From Amoebidium appalachense (lineage: Eukaryota; Protista; Ichthyosporea): 64,000 nt of DNA. The translations under genes were made by a program, and so were the position numbers. Every line of letters starts with the position of its first letter. The stretch's first letter is position 1. The notes beneath the pieces are model-generated. The model searched no databases. It saw only the letters and a list, made by a program, of their open reading frames with translations, and was not told the DNA's origin. The DNA is taken from assembly GCA_963693365.1 (NCBI GenBank), contig CAVNZM010000001.1:12178161-12242160 (forward strand), written 5' to 3'. Shown piece by piece: positions 31,232-45,351 of the stretch.

Positions 31232-31340
31232 GTTGCCGTGCACAGCTGTCGACGTCTGTCATGACTGCGCATATGCCTGCTGCAATCTCAGGCTGTTTGT
31301 GAAAATTTCCCTCTATTTTTCTTATATTTCAGTGCTCTCT
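31232..31340 (+). repeat. Right flank of the DIRS-like insertion, duplicated at 32001-32110
   Basis: gttgccgtgcacagctgtcgac...cttatatttcagtgctctct is present twice, each time following ATCGAT. Confidence 0.9.
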
Positions 31341-31355
31341 CCCTCTCTCTCTTTG

Positions 31356-31535
<180 letters not shown>

Positions 31536-31559
31536 GTTCTCTCTCCTTTCACACTCACA

Positions 31560-31708
<149 letters not shown>

Positions 31709-32169
31709 TGCCGGCCGGCACCGCGATGCAACTAGTGGCACTATAAATACCCGATACCACGCCCCATATGATTGCCGTAATGCAAACGCACGCGCACGTG
31801 TTAACGTTCTTATAACACCTGGTGACGCGTGCGGGCTCCCTCTCTCGTCAGTTACCCAATACCATGCCCATTACTGTCGTTTAAGATGCAAGTACATGAA
31901 ATACCACGCACACCTGTCTGTCACACCGTACTGCTGCACCCAATACCACGCCCAGATTAATTGGCCCAATGGACGCTTATCTCCCCCAAAACGAATCGAT
32001 GTTGCCGTGCACAGCTGTCGACGTCTGTCATGACTGCGCATATGCCTGCTGCAATCTGTTTGTGAAAAGTTTCCCTCTATTTTTCTTATATTTCAGTGCT
32101 CTCTCTCTCTCTCTTTGCTCTTTCTCTCTGCTCTCTCTTTTCTTATATTTCAGTGCTCTCTCTCTCTCT

Positions 32170-32378
<209 letters not shown>

Positions 32379-32718
32379 CAATCCAAAGATGTCTGCCGAT
32401 AGCCGCGTGAGTGCACACATGCATCTGTTCAGTACGACGCATGGAATGTTCCAGCTGACATATGCGTGAGAGTTCGAATGACACGCACATGTTGCAGAAT
32501 GTTCCGGTAAGAAGCGAGCGCTTTGATTCGCTGAAACATAAGAAGCGAGCGCTTTCATTCGCTGAAACATGTTCCAGCCAATCAGACTCAAACTGGGTCG
32601 CCGCGTTCTCCGATTGCTATGGATACTGGCACCCGATTGGCTGTACACTCTTTTTTTTTCTCACTCTTGGCATCTCACATGAGACCCGCTCTCCCCTTCC
32701 CCCAAACCCCTATTCCCA

Positions 32719-32816
32719 AATAAGCCCAATCTCCCTGACAGGAAACCTGTCACTGAAGGAGATTGGGAATAAGCCCAATCTCCCTGACAGGAAACCTGTC
32801 ACTGAAGGAGATTGGG
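32719..32816. repeat. Two tandem 49-bp units, each a hairpin
   Basis: aataagcccaatctccctgacaggaaacctgtcactgaaggagattggg x2; stems cccaatctcc/ggagattggg and tgacagg/cctgtca. Confidence 0.9.
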
Positions 32817-33646
32817 AACAATTATTATAAAACGCAAGTGTTCTATTATGTATTTTGCTAACCGCTGGAGCATGGCACCTAATTTATGTGCGTATCAATA
32901 TATAGAATAAATGAGCTTTTGCGTGACGTCACCAGGTTGCTATGGATGTGGCTTCGCCACACCAGAGACTTCTCCAATCGATTTTTATCACAGAGTTTTG
33001 TCAATAAAGAACTTATATACGTGGCTATTTTACTACCCAGTTTTACCCAGAAGAAATAGCAGTCTGTAAACGAAAGAAGGGCGATAGAAAAACTCAAAAG
33101 AGTCGAGACTACCCAGGATTATATGGGTACCTATATACGCATGCATATATATGGCGTAGTAAAGCTAACAGACACTGCTGCGGGGCGGTGGGTCCGCGTG
33201 CGCAGGAGGCAGGGGGGGCAGGGGGGGTGTGGGAGGGGGGGGGGGGGGGGGGGGGGGGGCGCGGGAGAGTGGGTATGCCCACTTAGGGTTTTTATATAAG
33301 GTTTGACCTGTACCGCGACTCTACTCTATCTTTCACTGGTTTCAAACCCAGTTAATCAAACCCCGACTATAAACGTTATACATATTCGTTGTTTTTTGCC
33401 CCGGTTCCTCCCCCCCCTCCCCCCCCCCCCCCTTCCCCCCCCCTCCCCCCCCCCCTTCCCCCCCCTCCCCCCCCCCCCCTTTTCCCCCCCCCCTCCCCCC
33501 CCCCCCCCTTTCTCCCCCCCCCCCCCCCCCCCCTCCGGGAAAAGTACACACTTTAATTTTTTTTTTTCGTTTCTGTTCTCAAGTGGGGAGATTTCACTAG
33601 TTCAGTGGGGATATGATAACACAAACTTCAAAGTCTTAAGTGGGGA

Positions 33647-34571
33647 TGTTGTGATACGTAGTATTTACATATGGTAAGATCTTCTCAGTTTGTGTTATGT
33701 TTCAGTTCATATGCTTAGTGTAAATGCCACACTCCTATTATGTAAAGTGTAGCATCGATCTCCGATATGCTTGTATACTTGTAATCGTGTTGTATCGGCT
33801 TTAATCGTGTGTTGTAATATCGATTAGAATATTTATATGTGTGTACACGGATCCACCCACTCAGGGAGAGACGTGTACATGTTCGTGTGTACATAAATAT
33901 CTCTGGTTATAGTTATGCTATTACTATCTTGTTTGTTGATCTGTGCTCTCTTTTCCTTTCTCTTTCTCCTTCCTTATTTTCTTTTCTTTCTCTCCTTGTC
34001 TTCATGTGTATAATCGTATTTCTTTTCTACTAATATATGTTAGGTAGATTTGTGTTACTTAATACGTGTTCATTGGACGGTAACACACTTAGGCTACACT
34101 TAGAATAGCATGTGTGTTTAGACTTCATTAATTTACTTTAGTTTTCATGTGTTGCCGGGCTTTAACCAATCATCAAGGTTAAGTGTGATATGTCTGAGTC
34201 TTTGCAGTGTGTCATAGGTTAGAACTTCCTTGATGATGACACGAGTTGATCTTAACTAGTGTCTGTGACCTATCGTGTACGTCTCCGCGTACCAGATCTC
34301 TCTGAAAGCAATTGGTTCTTAGTGATTGGTTTCTATTAGAGATAGATCTGATTTCCGACTGGTCGGAAATCATGTATGGATTAGACTTAGAGGAATTTCA
34401 GGTATTTATTCGAAGATCAGAATAAATTGAGTTCAGTCGTGTCTAAACATTGATGTCTGTTGTGTACACTGCTCCGATCGTTCCGTGTTTTGTTGTTGTG
34501 TGTGTCTGTGGTGTTTTCACACTGCACCACTGTGTCTCTGCTTCCGTCCCAAATACTTATACAATTTAACA
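33647..34571 (+). repeat. Putative LTR (TGTT...AACA, ~925 bp)
   Basis: Begins TGTTG directly after aagtgggga and ends TTAACA just before gag-like sequence; the first ~150 bp recur, diverged, at 39234-39381. Confidence 0.65.
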
Positions 34572-34572
34572 T

Positions 34573-37500
34573 ATGATTCAGAACATCGACCCTTCCGTGC
34601 TCACCACCGTCGCCCAGTACCGCATTGGCATGGACCCTGAACGGGCCATGTGGAAATTCCGTCAACACTACCTCCAAGGCAAACCCGATCAGATCCGCAT
34701 CCGCTTCACCGTCAGTGGGATGCCTGTGCCCTTCAGCCCGGTGAATCATTCACCACCTACCTGAGTCGTCTGCAGACCATCGTGAACCAGCTCCAGTCCC
34801 TCCAAGATGAGTCCATTCACTTCACTCGTCTAGCTGAGAAGTTCTTCAATGAACTCACCACCAGAGACGACCTCACCCCTGAGTTCAACCGCCTCATCGA
34901 AGACTATCACTTCGGTGATAAGCTATTCCCCGACTTCGAGTCCCTGCACAACCACATCAAGGGCATCGAGTTACGTCAAGACCTCAAGATGCAACTCCGG
35001 AACAACCGTGCCCACCGTCCCTCCAAGTCCAGCATGGCATTGAATGCCAGTGCTCCCCCCCGCGATCTTCCCCGCTGTGACTTATGCAACCGACTTGACC
35101 GTACCTCCGGCACGGACCTCCGAACTCGTCTCTCCCGCAGCACACCCGATCCCGTCCCCCCCACCGGCCTGCCTTCCGGTCCACGTCTCGTTCCCCCAGT
35201 CGTTCCCGTTTCTCGGGTTCCCGTCGTTCTGATTCCCCGGCTCGTTCTAACATCCCGTCCGTGAATGCATGCTCCTACTGCCACGAGCCTGATCACAAGA
35301 TCATCGATTGCCCCGAACCGAAATGCCGTATGTCCAGACACAACCGTTCCCGTTAAGGCAGTGAGAAATCTGTCTCCTTTGCTTTCTCTGCATACAATGC
35401 TAGCTCCGTCCCCGTGTCTTCCGGCCCTGCCTGGGATTCCGGGTGCAACATGACTGTCTGCCCCACCCGTGAGTTCTTCCATGATCTCACTTCCCTTCCG
35501 ACACCGACTCCCGTTGCTGCCTTCAACGGGACCCCCGTCTTGGCCACCCACACCGGCCATATCGTCATCAATGGCACTGCCACCCTTACCATTGAGGCCT
35601 ACTACATGTACACCCCGTCTGGCCAAGCCTTCCTCATCTCAACATCCCAAGCTGCTGCCGAATACATCAAGGGTGATTTGAATGATGCCTCCACTCCGTC
35701 ATTCCTCTTCGACAGACTCACCGGCCGTCACCTCGTCAACCTCCGTCTACACAACGGTCTGTATTACTTCAAGGACTACACGATTCAACCACCCACTCGT
35801 CCTGTGGCTCTGGCTGCCACTACCAGTGTTAACCCATCCATCTGGCACCATCGTCTGGGGCACCGTGCTATGACCAGCATTAAGGACATGGTGAAACACG
35901 ACCTTGTTATTGGCCTCCCCTCGTCTGTCCTCGACTGTGATGTTCCTGATTGTCATGGCTGCATTATGGGTAAAACCACCAAGGCTCCGTTCAAGGGTGA
36001 CCGTCCTCACTCCACCATCCCCGGCCATGAATGGCATTGGGATTTTTTTGAGCCTACCACAACATTGTACGGAGGTTCCAAGTTTGCTCTCGTCACTGTC
36101 TGCCGTGCCTCCGGACTCGTCAAGATCTACCCGATGGCCGACCGTACAACCACCCTGGACATTATCACAGCTCACACCAACCTCGTTGCTACCCATGCCC
36201 CCTCCGAAAAGTTGGTGTCTACCACTTCGACTCCGGCTCTGAGTTCACCTCCCAGGCTACCCGTGCTTTTTGCCTCTCCCAGGGCATCAAGGCCAGTTAT
36301 GCTCCGGTGGACTGCCCTCAACTGAACGGCTATGTTGAACGTCGTATGCGGTTCCTCCAAGAGATTGTTCGTTGCCTCCTCCATCAAGTCCGAGATCAGT
36401 CTCTGTCCCCCAAACTGTGGGCTGAGGCCCTCCAACATGCTGCCTACATCATCAACGTCACCCCGTCCACGGCTGCCAATGGTCGTACTCCATTCGAGGT
36501 TTTCTACGTTGTCAAGCCCGACATCTCCGAGCTCAAAGTGTTTGCCGTTGCCCTGCCTACACTCATGTGCCAGCCTCTAAACGGAACAAGCTGGCCCCCA
36601 CCGTCAAACTCGGCATATATATTGGCTATGATCTTCAATCACACTGCCACCGGATCTTCAACTCCACCACCCATCGTGTCGGCCTCTTCCATGATGTGAT
36701 TTTCGACGAATCAGCTTATCTCCCGTCCGAAATCCCATCAACACTCCCGACCCCCGACACCACTGCCACCTCGACCACCCCACCCCCCACAGTTGACACT
36801 GAATATGACGTTTGCCTGGTGTACTCTGGCCCCCCTCCTGCCGTTGTCGTTCCACTGACCACCCCCCCCCACCGGCCCCCCTGCTCCCGTGCCCGTCCAG
36901 CCTGCCGACATTCATCCTGCCCCTGGCAACGTCACCCCCATCCGACCCGGCTCCCCCGACAACTTCCACTCGGCCCCGTCAAGCCCGGAGGTTGCCCCCC
37001 CTGTAATTCCGAACTTCCAAGCTTCCCCCCCCCCCCCCCCCCCCCGTCTCCACCCCCCCCCGGTTCCTGCACCCCGTCGTTCTGCCCGTCTGCAAAGCAA
37101 GGTTGGCCTTCAAGCCACCACCAACCTGCCTGTTCCCCCCGGTCCTCCCATCAACATCGACCAACTACCCAAACTTGTCCGTCAACTGTGTTCCGGCCCC
37201 AATGGTGACCAGGTCAAGTCAGCCCTCACTGCTGAGTATCAAGCCTTCGTCGACAAAGATATCTTTGAACTCGTTGACCCTCCCCCTGGTGCTAACATCG
37301 TCGGATTCAAGTGGATTGTCTCTGAGAAAACTCTCAACTCGGCTGGTGACACCAAGATCAAGGCCCGTGGTGTTCACTCAAGGCTTCAGTCAGCAATACG
37401 GTGTTGACTATGAGTTGATTGAGAGCCCTGTCATCCGTCCGGCTGCTCTTCGTGCTATCCTAACTCTGGCCGTTGTTGAAGGTCATGACATCCATCAACT

Positions 37501-38749
37501 CGACGTGTCTACGGCCTTTCTCAACAGCCCACTCACCGAGACCATCTACATGAAACAGCCACCGGGATTCATCACCTTGGCCACCCTTGGCAAGGTCTGG
37601 AGACTCAAGAAAGCCCTGTAACTATGGCCTCAAGCAAGCCTCCAAGGCCTGGTACGACTTCCTCGACGATGGTATTCTTCTTGCCCATGGCCTGACCCGT
37701 ACTAAGACTGACCCGTGCATCTACCTCCGGTTCTTCCCCAACAACGATGTGGTCCGGGCTGGTAACTAGTACGTCGACGACTCCACCATCACCAACACCC
37801 GGGGTTCTACTGCTGCCAGTGACCTGCCAGTGGCTGCCCACATCAGCAAGATGGCCAGCTGTCGTATGAGTCCGTTTGACCGTATGCTCGGTGTTGATTT
37901 TAATCACTCCGATCCCCATCACCTACACATGCACCAGAGGTCTTACATCATGGATATCATCCACGACTTCAACCTCACCGATGCCAAGTCCAAGTCTACC
38001 CCCATCCCTGCAGGCACCACCGTCTCCCTGGCTGACTGCCCCCCCCAACCGTTCACCGTGCCCTACCGTGAGTTACTCGGCCGTCTTCTCTGGGTGGCAC
38101 GGTGCACACGTCCCGACATTGCCTATGCCATCGGCTTCCTTGGTCAGTTCAGCACCAACCCCGGCAAGACTCACTGGGACCTTCTCCGTCGTGTGGCCCG
38201 GTACCTCCTCGGCACCATTGACCTTGGCATTGACTACAAGTACTCGGCCACCAAGCCCGGGCCCCCATACTCGAGTGCTACACGGATGCTGACTTTGCTG
38301 GTTGTGCTGACAGCAAGAAGTCTACCACCGGTTACATCATCGAGTTTGCTGGTATGCCCATCATCTGGTACTCCAAGCTCCAGCCCATCACGGCCACCAG
38401 CACCACCGAAGCTGAGCTGATTGCTCTCAATGCCGGCACCCAGGAAGTTGCTTGGGTCCGTGACCTCTTCAAGGAACTCGGCTGCCCCAATGGCATGCTT
38501 GCTCCGACTCTGGTGTATTGTGACAACCAGTCGACCATTGCCATCGTCAACTCCACCGGCATCAAGCACCGTACCAAACACATTGCCGTCCGGTACCATA
38601 ACACCAAAGACTACATTGCCAGTGGGGATGTTGTTGTCCACTACGTCGAGTCAGCTCACAACTTGGCCGACATCCTCACCAAGCCCCTCCCTGGCCCGAG
38701 TCACGTCACCCATCGTGCCCGACTTTGTGTGCCGGACATTGTCGATTGA
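34573..38749 (+). pseudogene. Copia gag-pol polyprotein, multiply frameshifted
   Basis: Protease WDSGC; WHHRLGH..CHGC; integrase WHWDF, PQLNGYVERR; RT VGFKW, HQLDVSTAFLN, YGLKQAS, YVDD; RNase H STTEAE, YCDNQS, RTKHIAVRYH, NLADILTKPL. Confidence 0.95.
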
Positions 38750-39087
38750 ACCGTCTTACTTCACGTGTGGTTTTCTACTACGGCTGGGGCCCTGGACAGC
38801 AGATGCATCAACACTGCCTCCCGGCTGGAATGATTACTACTTAATTTACCACCATCATTATTTCATATGTATATTGCCTTTGTGGGTATGCCCACTTAGG
38901 GTTTTTATATATGGTTTGACCTGTACCGCGATTCTACTCTATCTTTCACTGGTTTCAAACCCAGTTAGTCACACCCCGACTATAAACGTTATACATCTTC
39001 GTTGTTTTTGCCCCGGTTCCTCCCCCCCCCCCCCCCCCTCCCTCCCCCCCTCCCCCCCCCCCCCCCCCTTTCCCCCCCCCCCCCTTT

Positions 39088-39123
<36 letters not shown>

Positions 39124-39491
39124 AAAAAGTACACACTTTAAATTTTTTTTTTTCCGTTTCTGTTCTCAAGTGGGGAGATTTCACTAGTTCAGTGGGGATA
39201 TGATAACACAAACTTCAAAGTCTTAAGTGGGGATGTTGTAATACGTAGTATTTACATATTGTAAGATCTTCTCAGTTCGTGTTATGTTTTCATTCATCTA
39301 CTTAGTGAAAGAGATGTGCTCCTTGTACGTAAATTATGACATCGATCTCCAGTGTGTTTGAGTACTTGTAATCGTGTTGTAGGCCTACAACCGACTGGTG
39401 CTTGGGATGAGGGGGGTGAAGCAAATACCAAACTATCTCTTGTGGATGGATATGGGTGACAGGGCTAAGGTGAGTGTGGGTGTGGGTGTGT

Positions 39492-39568
<77 letters not shown>

Positions 39569-40088
39569 TGTACGTGTGTAAGAGTACCTGTTTGTGGGAG
39601 TACCTGTGTGTGTGTCTGCAATTCGGGGGAGGGATTAGGGGAGGGAGAGAGAGAGAGGGAGGGGGGGGGGGGGGAGGGAGGGGAGGGGGGGGGGGGGGGA
39701 TAGGGAGGGGGAGAAAGAGAGAGAGAAAGAGCAACAGAAAGAGAGTGAGAGGGAGAGAGAGAGGAGGTTCTTCTTTTTTTTTTGCGGGGGGGTGGGGGGG
39801 TGGGAGGGAGGGGGGAGGGAAGAGGGAGGGGTTTGGGGGACGCGGAGGCCGGGGGAGGGGGGGGAGGTCTTACATGCAGGTGCTGACATTTTGGGGTTCA
39901 TTGACAGGCGTCATTGACGGAGGTTGTTGATTGGGTGAGAGCAAAGATTGGCCACCAGAGGGTATGTGGTCATACACACACGCACGCACGCACGCACACG
40001 CACGCACGTACGCACGCACGCACACACACACACACGCACACACACATACACACACACACATGCACGCATGCACTCACACATGCACACC

Positions 40089-40153
<65 letters not shown>

Positions 40154-40381
40154 CCACTTGTTCTAACTGGGGCACACATGCCTGCACGTTTGCACACACA
40201 CCCCTACACACCCGTACATTCGTCCACACACACACACACGTGGGTGCAAATACCATACAACACACACACACCCGTGCATGCACGAACACAATGAAACACA
40301 CACATGCACCATCACATGCCTACAACTGGCTTACAAGCCATAAAACCTCCCGAAAAAGGAACGGGGGTACCATGCATGACT

Positions 40382-40423
<42 letters not shown>

Positions 40424-40566
40424 CGCCCCCGCGAAGATAGGCTTGTTTTATTTGCAGACTTTGTTTTATTTGCACACTTTGTTTTATTTGCACATTTTGT
40501 ATGTGGTTTGAACTCTGCATGGTGTTGTCTCGTTCATGGATGTGTACTTCGTATTCTATAGCAATA

Positions 40567-40604
<38 letters not shown>

Positions 40605-40711
40605 TCCAACCCTTCAACGCATATATCACCCCCCCCCCCCCCCTCTCTCCCCCGTCTTCCTCCAGCATAATGGGGGGAATGCTCGACCCCTGATTCGCTC
40701 CCCCCGCTCCA

Positions 40712-40759
<48 letters not shown>

Positions 40760-40982
40760 TTTCTACCTGTGGTTGGGCTATACCTCGGATGCATACATAC
40801 TGCTCGTTTGCGCTCCTTCATGCAAATCTGCTTTGTGTTGTTCGTTGTGAATGTGCGCTTTGCACTCTGTAACACGTTTTTTTACCCCCCCCCCCCCCCC
40901 CCCCCCCCAGACACACACAATATCATCCACCCTCCTCTTCGCACACTCATACACACACGTACGCACACACAGAAACATTCTG

Positions 40983-41063
<81 letters not shown>

Positions 41064-41120
41064 AGCACGCACGCACACACGCACACACGCACACATGCAC
41101 GCACGCACACACACACACAC

Positions 41121-41151
<31 letters not shown>

Positions 41152-41782
41152 GCCCCTCTCTGTTCAGGCGGACGTCGGTGGTCTTATGGAGGAGGGAAGC
41201 ATCGACAGTGTGGAAGAGGACGATGAACGCCTGCTGGAATCCTAAAGGATCGTTTTCATTGGTTTATTAGATTTGATTTATTGGTTGCAGTTGTTTGATT
41301 GGTTGCTGATCATGAATTATTAGAGCTCAGGCTCTATCATAGGTGTGAATGAAACCTTCCCCCCTCCCCCCCCCCTCTCCTCTCTTTCTCTCTCCCTCTC
41401 CCCCCTGCACACCCCCCCCCCCCCCCCCCATCTCTGTGGGGCTTTTGACTGTTGTAACCGAGAGATATGTGATCATTGTTTTTCATCAAGCCTTTTTTTT
41501 TTTTTTTTTTGGTAATATACGAGGCAGGTTTTTTCTTCCTTTTTTTTCTTTTTTCTTTTTCTTTTTTTTTTCTTTTGGTGACTACCTTTCTACCGCTGCT
41601 GTGAACATAGAAGAAGAACTTTGCGGTCGAATCCAGACGATAACTTTGTCTCCTTGGTGTACATACCGAGGGCTTATATTATGCCCTTTTGTCGCATATA
41701 TAATGACATATTTTAGTTCCCAGTGTTAGCTGTCTTTACCCAACGTTGCATATAAACATGGATACATGGACAGCGCTAGCCT

Positions 41783-41813
<31 letters not shown>

Positions 41814-41825
41814 CCCCCCCCCCCC

Positions 41826-41856
<31 letters not shown>

Positions 41857-41912
41857 GAGAGAGAGACAGAGAGAGAGAGAGAGGGGGAGTCAAGAGGGGG
41901 GGGGGGGGGGGG

Positions 41913-41945
<33 letters not shown>

Positions 41946-42236
41946 GCAAATAGGGGTCCGGTCTTAATGACGTCACTAATTGAGAAGGAGGGCAAGCACA
42001 AGAAAAGTTGGGGGCCGCGAGAGCCTGTTTGCGAAACGGAAACGAAAGTCCATGTGTGCACCACGTTACGCGGCGTAAACAAACGAAAAATATTAAACTT
42101 AACACTAGGGAACTAAATTGTATGTTTACTTGCACGGCCATCTAGAGACTCTAGATGGCCGTGGTTTACTTGTCATTTAGTTTTTACCTTCTGTTGCGAA
42201 TCTTAAAAGGTATACCCCTAAGGGGTGCCCACACTA

Positions 42237-43714
42237 TGCCCTCTCGTTGTGCAGCAGACCACTGCAAGGCCACTGCTGGGCCTGGTTGTAAGCAGGTGCT
42301 TATTCGAAGGCACAGTGCAGAGGTTGTTAGTTCGTGGTTTAAGCAAATACGGCCAAGGTACACGGAAGATGACCTGAGGAAGGATCTAGGGGTGTGCCAT
42401 GTCCATTTTCCCGAAGGGTCATTTGTGTTCGGCCCCACTGCAACCTTAGTGGCTGGGGCCATACCGTACACACGTGAGTAAGAGGAAGGACTACGCCGGC
42501 AGGCCGAAGACGCCAAAAGGCAGCGGGAAGCAGCGGGAAGCAGACTTGCTCTTGGGGGAGGACGGACGCACCAAGCGTCGTCGCGAGCGGGAACAAAACA
42601 CATCTGTTGATGAGCTCAACAAACAGATCGGCACACTCAATATGGTGGTGGGGAAGCGAAACAAGCAGATTTCAGACATGGACTCGGAACTCAAACAGTT
42701 GCGGGACAAATGTGCCGTTTTGGAAGCACGTATGGAGACTGTTGAGCGCAAAAACGAGAGTCTTGATCAGCCTCTTGGTGTTGTGCAGTCGGACTTCAAA
42801 ACTCGTTTCTACACACTTTTCACAACGGGCAATGCGTTCAAAGCGTTCATTTTGCTCTGTTTCGAATTTCACCTCCACCTTCTGTATATGGGGGTCGACC
42901 CAGTTACCGGGGTGGGGGCTCGGGGCCCAAAGAGAGCACTGTCGTTTGAGAACGCAATCCTGCTGGTGCTTGTGAGACTGCGGCACAATTTCCCGTTTCA
43001 CCACATGGCCTTCCTGTTTAACATAGGTGAAAAGACAACACGAAAAACGTTTGGCGGGGCTTGTATTTGCTTAAATGCATGTTCGAACACCCTCTTTTGG
43101 ATATACTACAAAACGGTGCATTTACTGCAGCCGCCGTAACTGCAAACGCCCTGCCTTGTTTCAAGCAAAACTATCCCCATGTCGCTATGATTTTGGACTG
43201 CACGGAATTCTTTATTCAGGTGGCTAGTAACACTGAGCTCCAAAAGCTTACATACTCCAGATATAAAGGACACAACACTGTAAAAGTTTTAGTTGCCATG
43301 CTTCCCTCTGCTGAAATATTCTATGTATCATCGTGTTATCCAGGTAGAATAAGTGACCGTCTTATTACTGATGTGTCGGGCATAATAAAAAAATGCTGGC
43401 CTGGTGCACAGGTTATGGCAGACAAGGGTTTCCTCATAGATGATCTGCCCAAACAAGCAAATATGCACCTTGTTATCCCTCCCTTCCTTGCAAAGGAAAC
43501 AATCTTCTTACAGGAGGAGCTGGCCTCCACCCGTGATATTGCCGCTGTGCGGATTCATATTGAGCGGGCTATTGGGCGGGCGAAGGAGAACAAGATCCTC
43601 ACGGATACTGTTCCCATCACCATGGTGCCCAATCACTCCCAGGTTGTCCGAGTTTGCTTTGGGCTTACACGCTTCCAAGGCAAACTCGTGCACTGGGAGG
43701 AAGAAGCCCCATAA
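42237..43714 (+). pseudogene. THAP + HTH + DDE_Tnp_4 transposase (ISL2EU / PIF-Harbinger group), two frameshifts
   Basis: THAP-like MPSRCAADHC..W..VCHVHF..F..LVAGAIP; coiled coil; RALSFENAILLVLVRLR..FLFNI; ILDCTEFFIQ, YSRYKGHNTVK, GRISD, MADKGF, RIHIERAIGRAK. Frame breaks at ~42475 and ~43060. Confidence 0.9.
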
Positions 43715-44439
43715 TAAAGCTAATTGTTTTTGTCCCCTCCAGCCCCCCCCCTTCCCCCCCCCCCCCCTCCCCCCCCCCCCCCCCCCCCCCTTCTCCCCCC
43801 CCTTCCCCCCTCCCCCCTTCAGTTACCCAGTCCCCGTGAAAAAATATGTATATATAAAAATACCAACATAAACAAATGGCGTGTGTTTATGTTTTTCACT
43901 GAAACGGGGGGAAGAAGGGGGGGGGGGGGGGGGGGGGGGAGGAGGGGGGAGAGGGGGAAGGGGAAAGGAAGCCTTTGGAAAAACACGAGCCCGACAGAGA
44001 GGGAAAAAAACGAAACCTTCCTGTCTCCCCCCTCCCCCCCCCCCTTCCCCCCCCCTCTCCCCCCCAGGGCTCTCCTCCCGCCTATTCTTCCCACACACAA
44101 CCACTACACATTCCTGGGTGCGCACGCACGCACGCAAGCAAGCACGCACGCACGCACGCACGCACAGACGCAAGACCTTGTCACCTCAGTAGTTGTGGTA
44201 ACAGTAGACCTTCATTCGTTACAGCACATGGCATACATAACCTAGTGCACAGCACTGCCTAGTTACAATTTTCATTACATTTATACAGAACACAAACACC
44301 ATTATTATCCTTAACCGGTTATGGTTACCACATAGCAGTACTACTAGCGTTACTAATTTACAAAAGAGATTTATCACTTCACATCGATCTACCTTTTCTT
44401 TCGAGCGAGTACAGAAGAGATTTATCACTTCACATCGAT

Positions 44440-45213
44440 CTACCTTTTCTTTCGAGCGAGTACAGATGCCTTTGCGGCCCGGGCCTCTCTGGCATACACA
44501 TCGTTTATATTATCTATTAATTTCATCAACGATTTAACATTATCTGCATTCACGGCCACATTAGCATTCAGCAATGGATTCTCGCGCAAGAAAATATGAT
44601 TCATATGACACCCTACTTCCTTCCTCTTAAACTTGCCCCTATCTTTTTGCCCAGACCCCCCTCCACTCTGGCCATCACCGTCAAGATCCATTTCACCCTC
44701 ATCCCCACCCCCGTTCCGTTCCCTGCCATCACCTACCCCACCACCTTCCCCAACCTTTCCTTTTCTTGTAGGCATGTGAGGCTCCCTTCTTTGAAAAATA
44801 TACTGCTCGATGGGTTTTATTATATCTTTCGACATCTGCCCCGATGGAACTCCCCACCGTTTTTGTTGGCTAGTGCTTGCAAACAACTGTGGTTCATCCC
44901 CGGGGACCCGACCAGAGAGCCTCACAATATCGGCGTTTGTGTGTATGAGTGCAGCTTGGTGTGTGCATGCCATGCGAGCCTGTGGACACGGACACCAACC
45001 ATCTATCACCTTCTTCACCACGTTGTTCTCCTCCTCCAGCTCCAAATGCAGATAGGCGACATAGAAGTCCGTGGCCATGGAACGGGGCACTAAGCCTCGC
45101 AGAAGTACCTTGCGGCCGTCCTTGCAGTAGGAGACCGCCAGGTACTCACTGCACGACATTGCCCGCCGCCAACTGCGAACAAAATTCTTGAGGGGGAAGT
45201 GCTGCAAGATTAC
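44440..45213 (-). CDS. SWIM zinc-finger protein, last exon; probable ORF2 of the ISL2EU-like transposon
   Basis: TGTGCAG acceptor at 45214; CPC-x6-CTH SWIM-like motif followed by STS..W..P; convergent with the transposase. Upstream exons unresolved. Confidence 0.7.
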   Translation of the reverse strand, partial: VILQHFPLKNFVRSWRRAMSCSEYLAVSYCKDGRKVLLRGLVPRSMATDFYVAYLHLELEEENNVVKKVIDGWCPCPQARMACTHQAALIHTNADIVRLSGRVPGDEPQLFASTSQQKRWGVPSGQMSKDIIKPIEQYIFQRREPHMPTRKGKVGEGGGVGDGRERNGGGDEGEMDLDGDGQSGGGSGQKDRGKFKRKEVGCHMNHIFLRENPLLNANVAVNADNVKSLMKLIDNINDVYAREARAAKASVLARKKR

Positions 45214-45305
45214 CTGCACATGTGTATATAGGTGTCCGCACAAGCACGTGTGTAGTGTGGATATTCACAGTGTGTGTAGGGAGAAAGCGCGGGAAAGGGG
45301 GACGA

Positions 45306-45351
<46 letters not shown>

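Larger units (their letters stand above)
33270..39381 (+). mobile_element. Decayed Ty1/copia LTR retrotransposon with duplicated 3' internal region
   Basis: gag-PR-INT-RT-RH order; 33270-33794 is repeated at 38883-39381, including the PPT-like aagtgggga followed by TGTTG. Confidence 0.92.
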
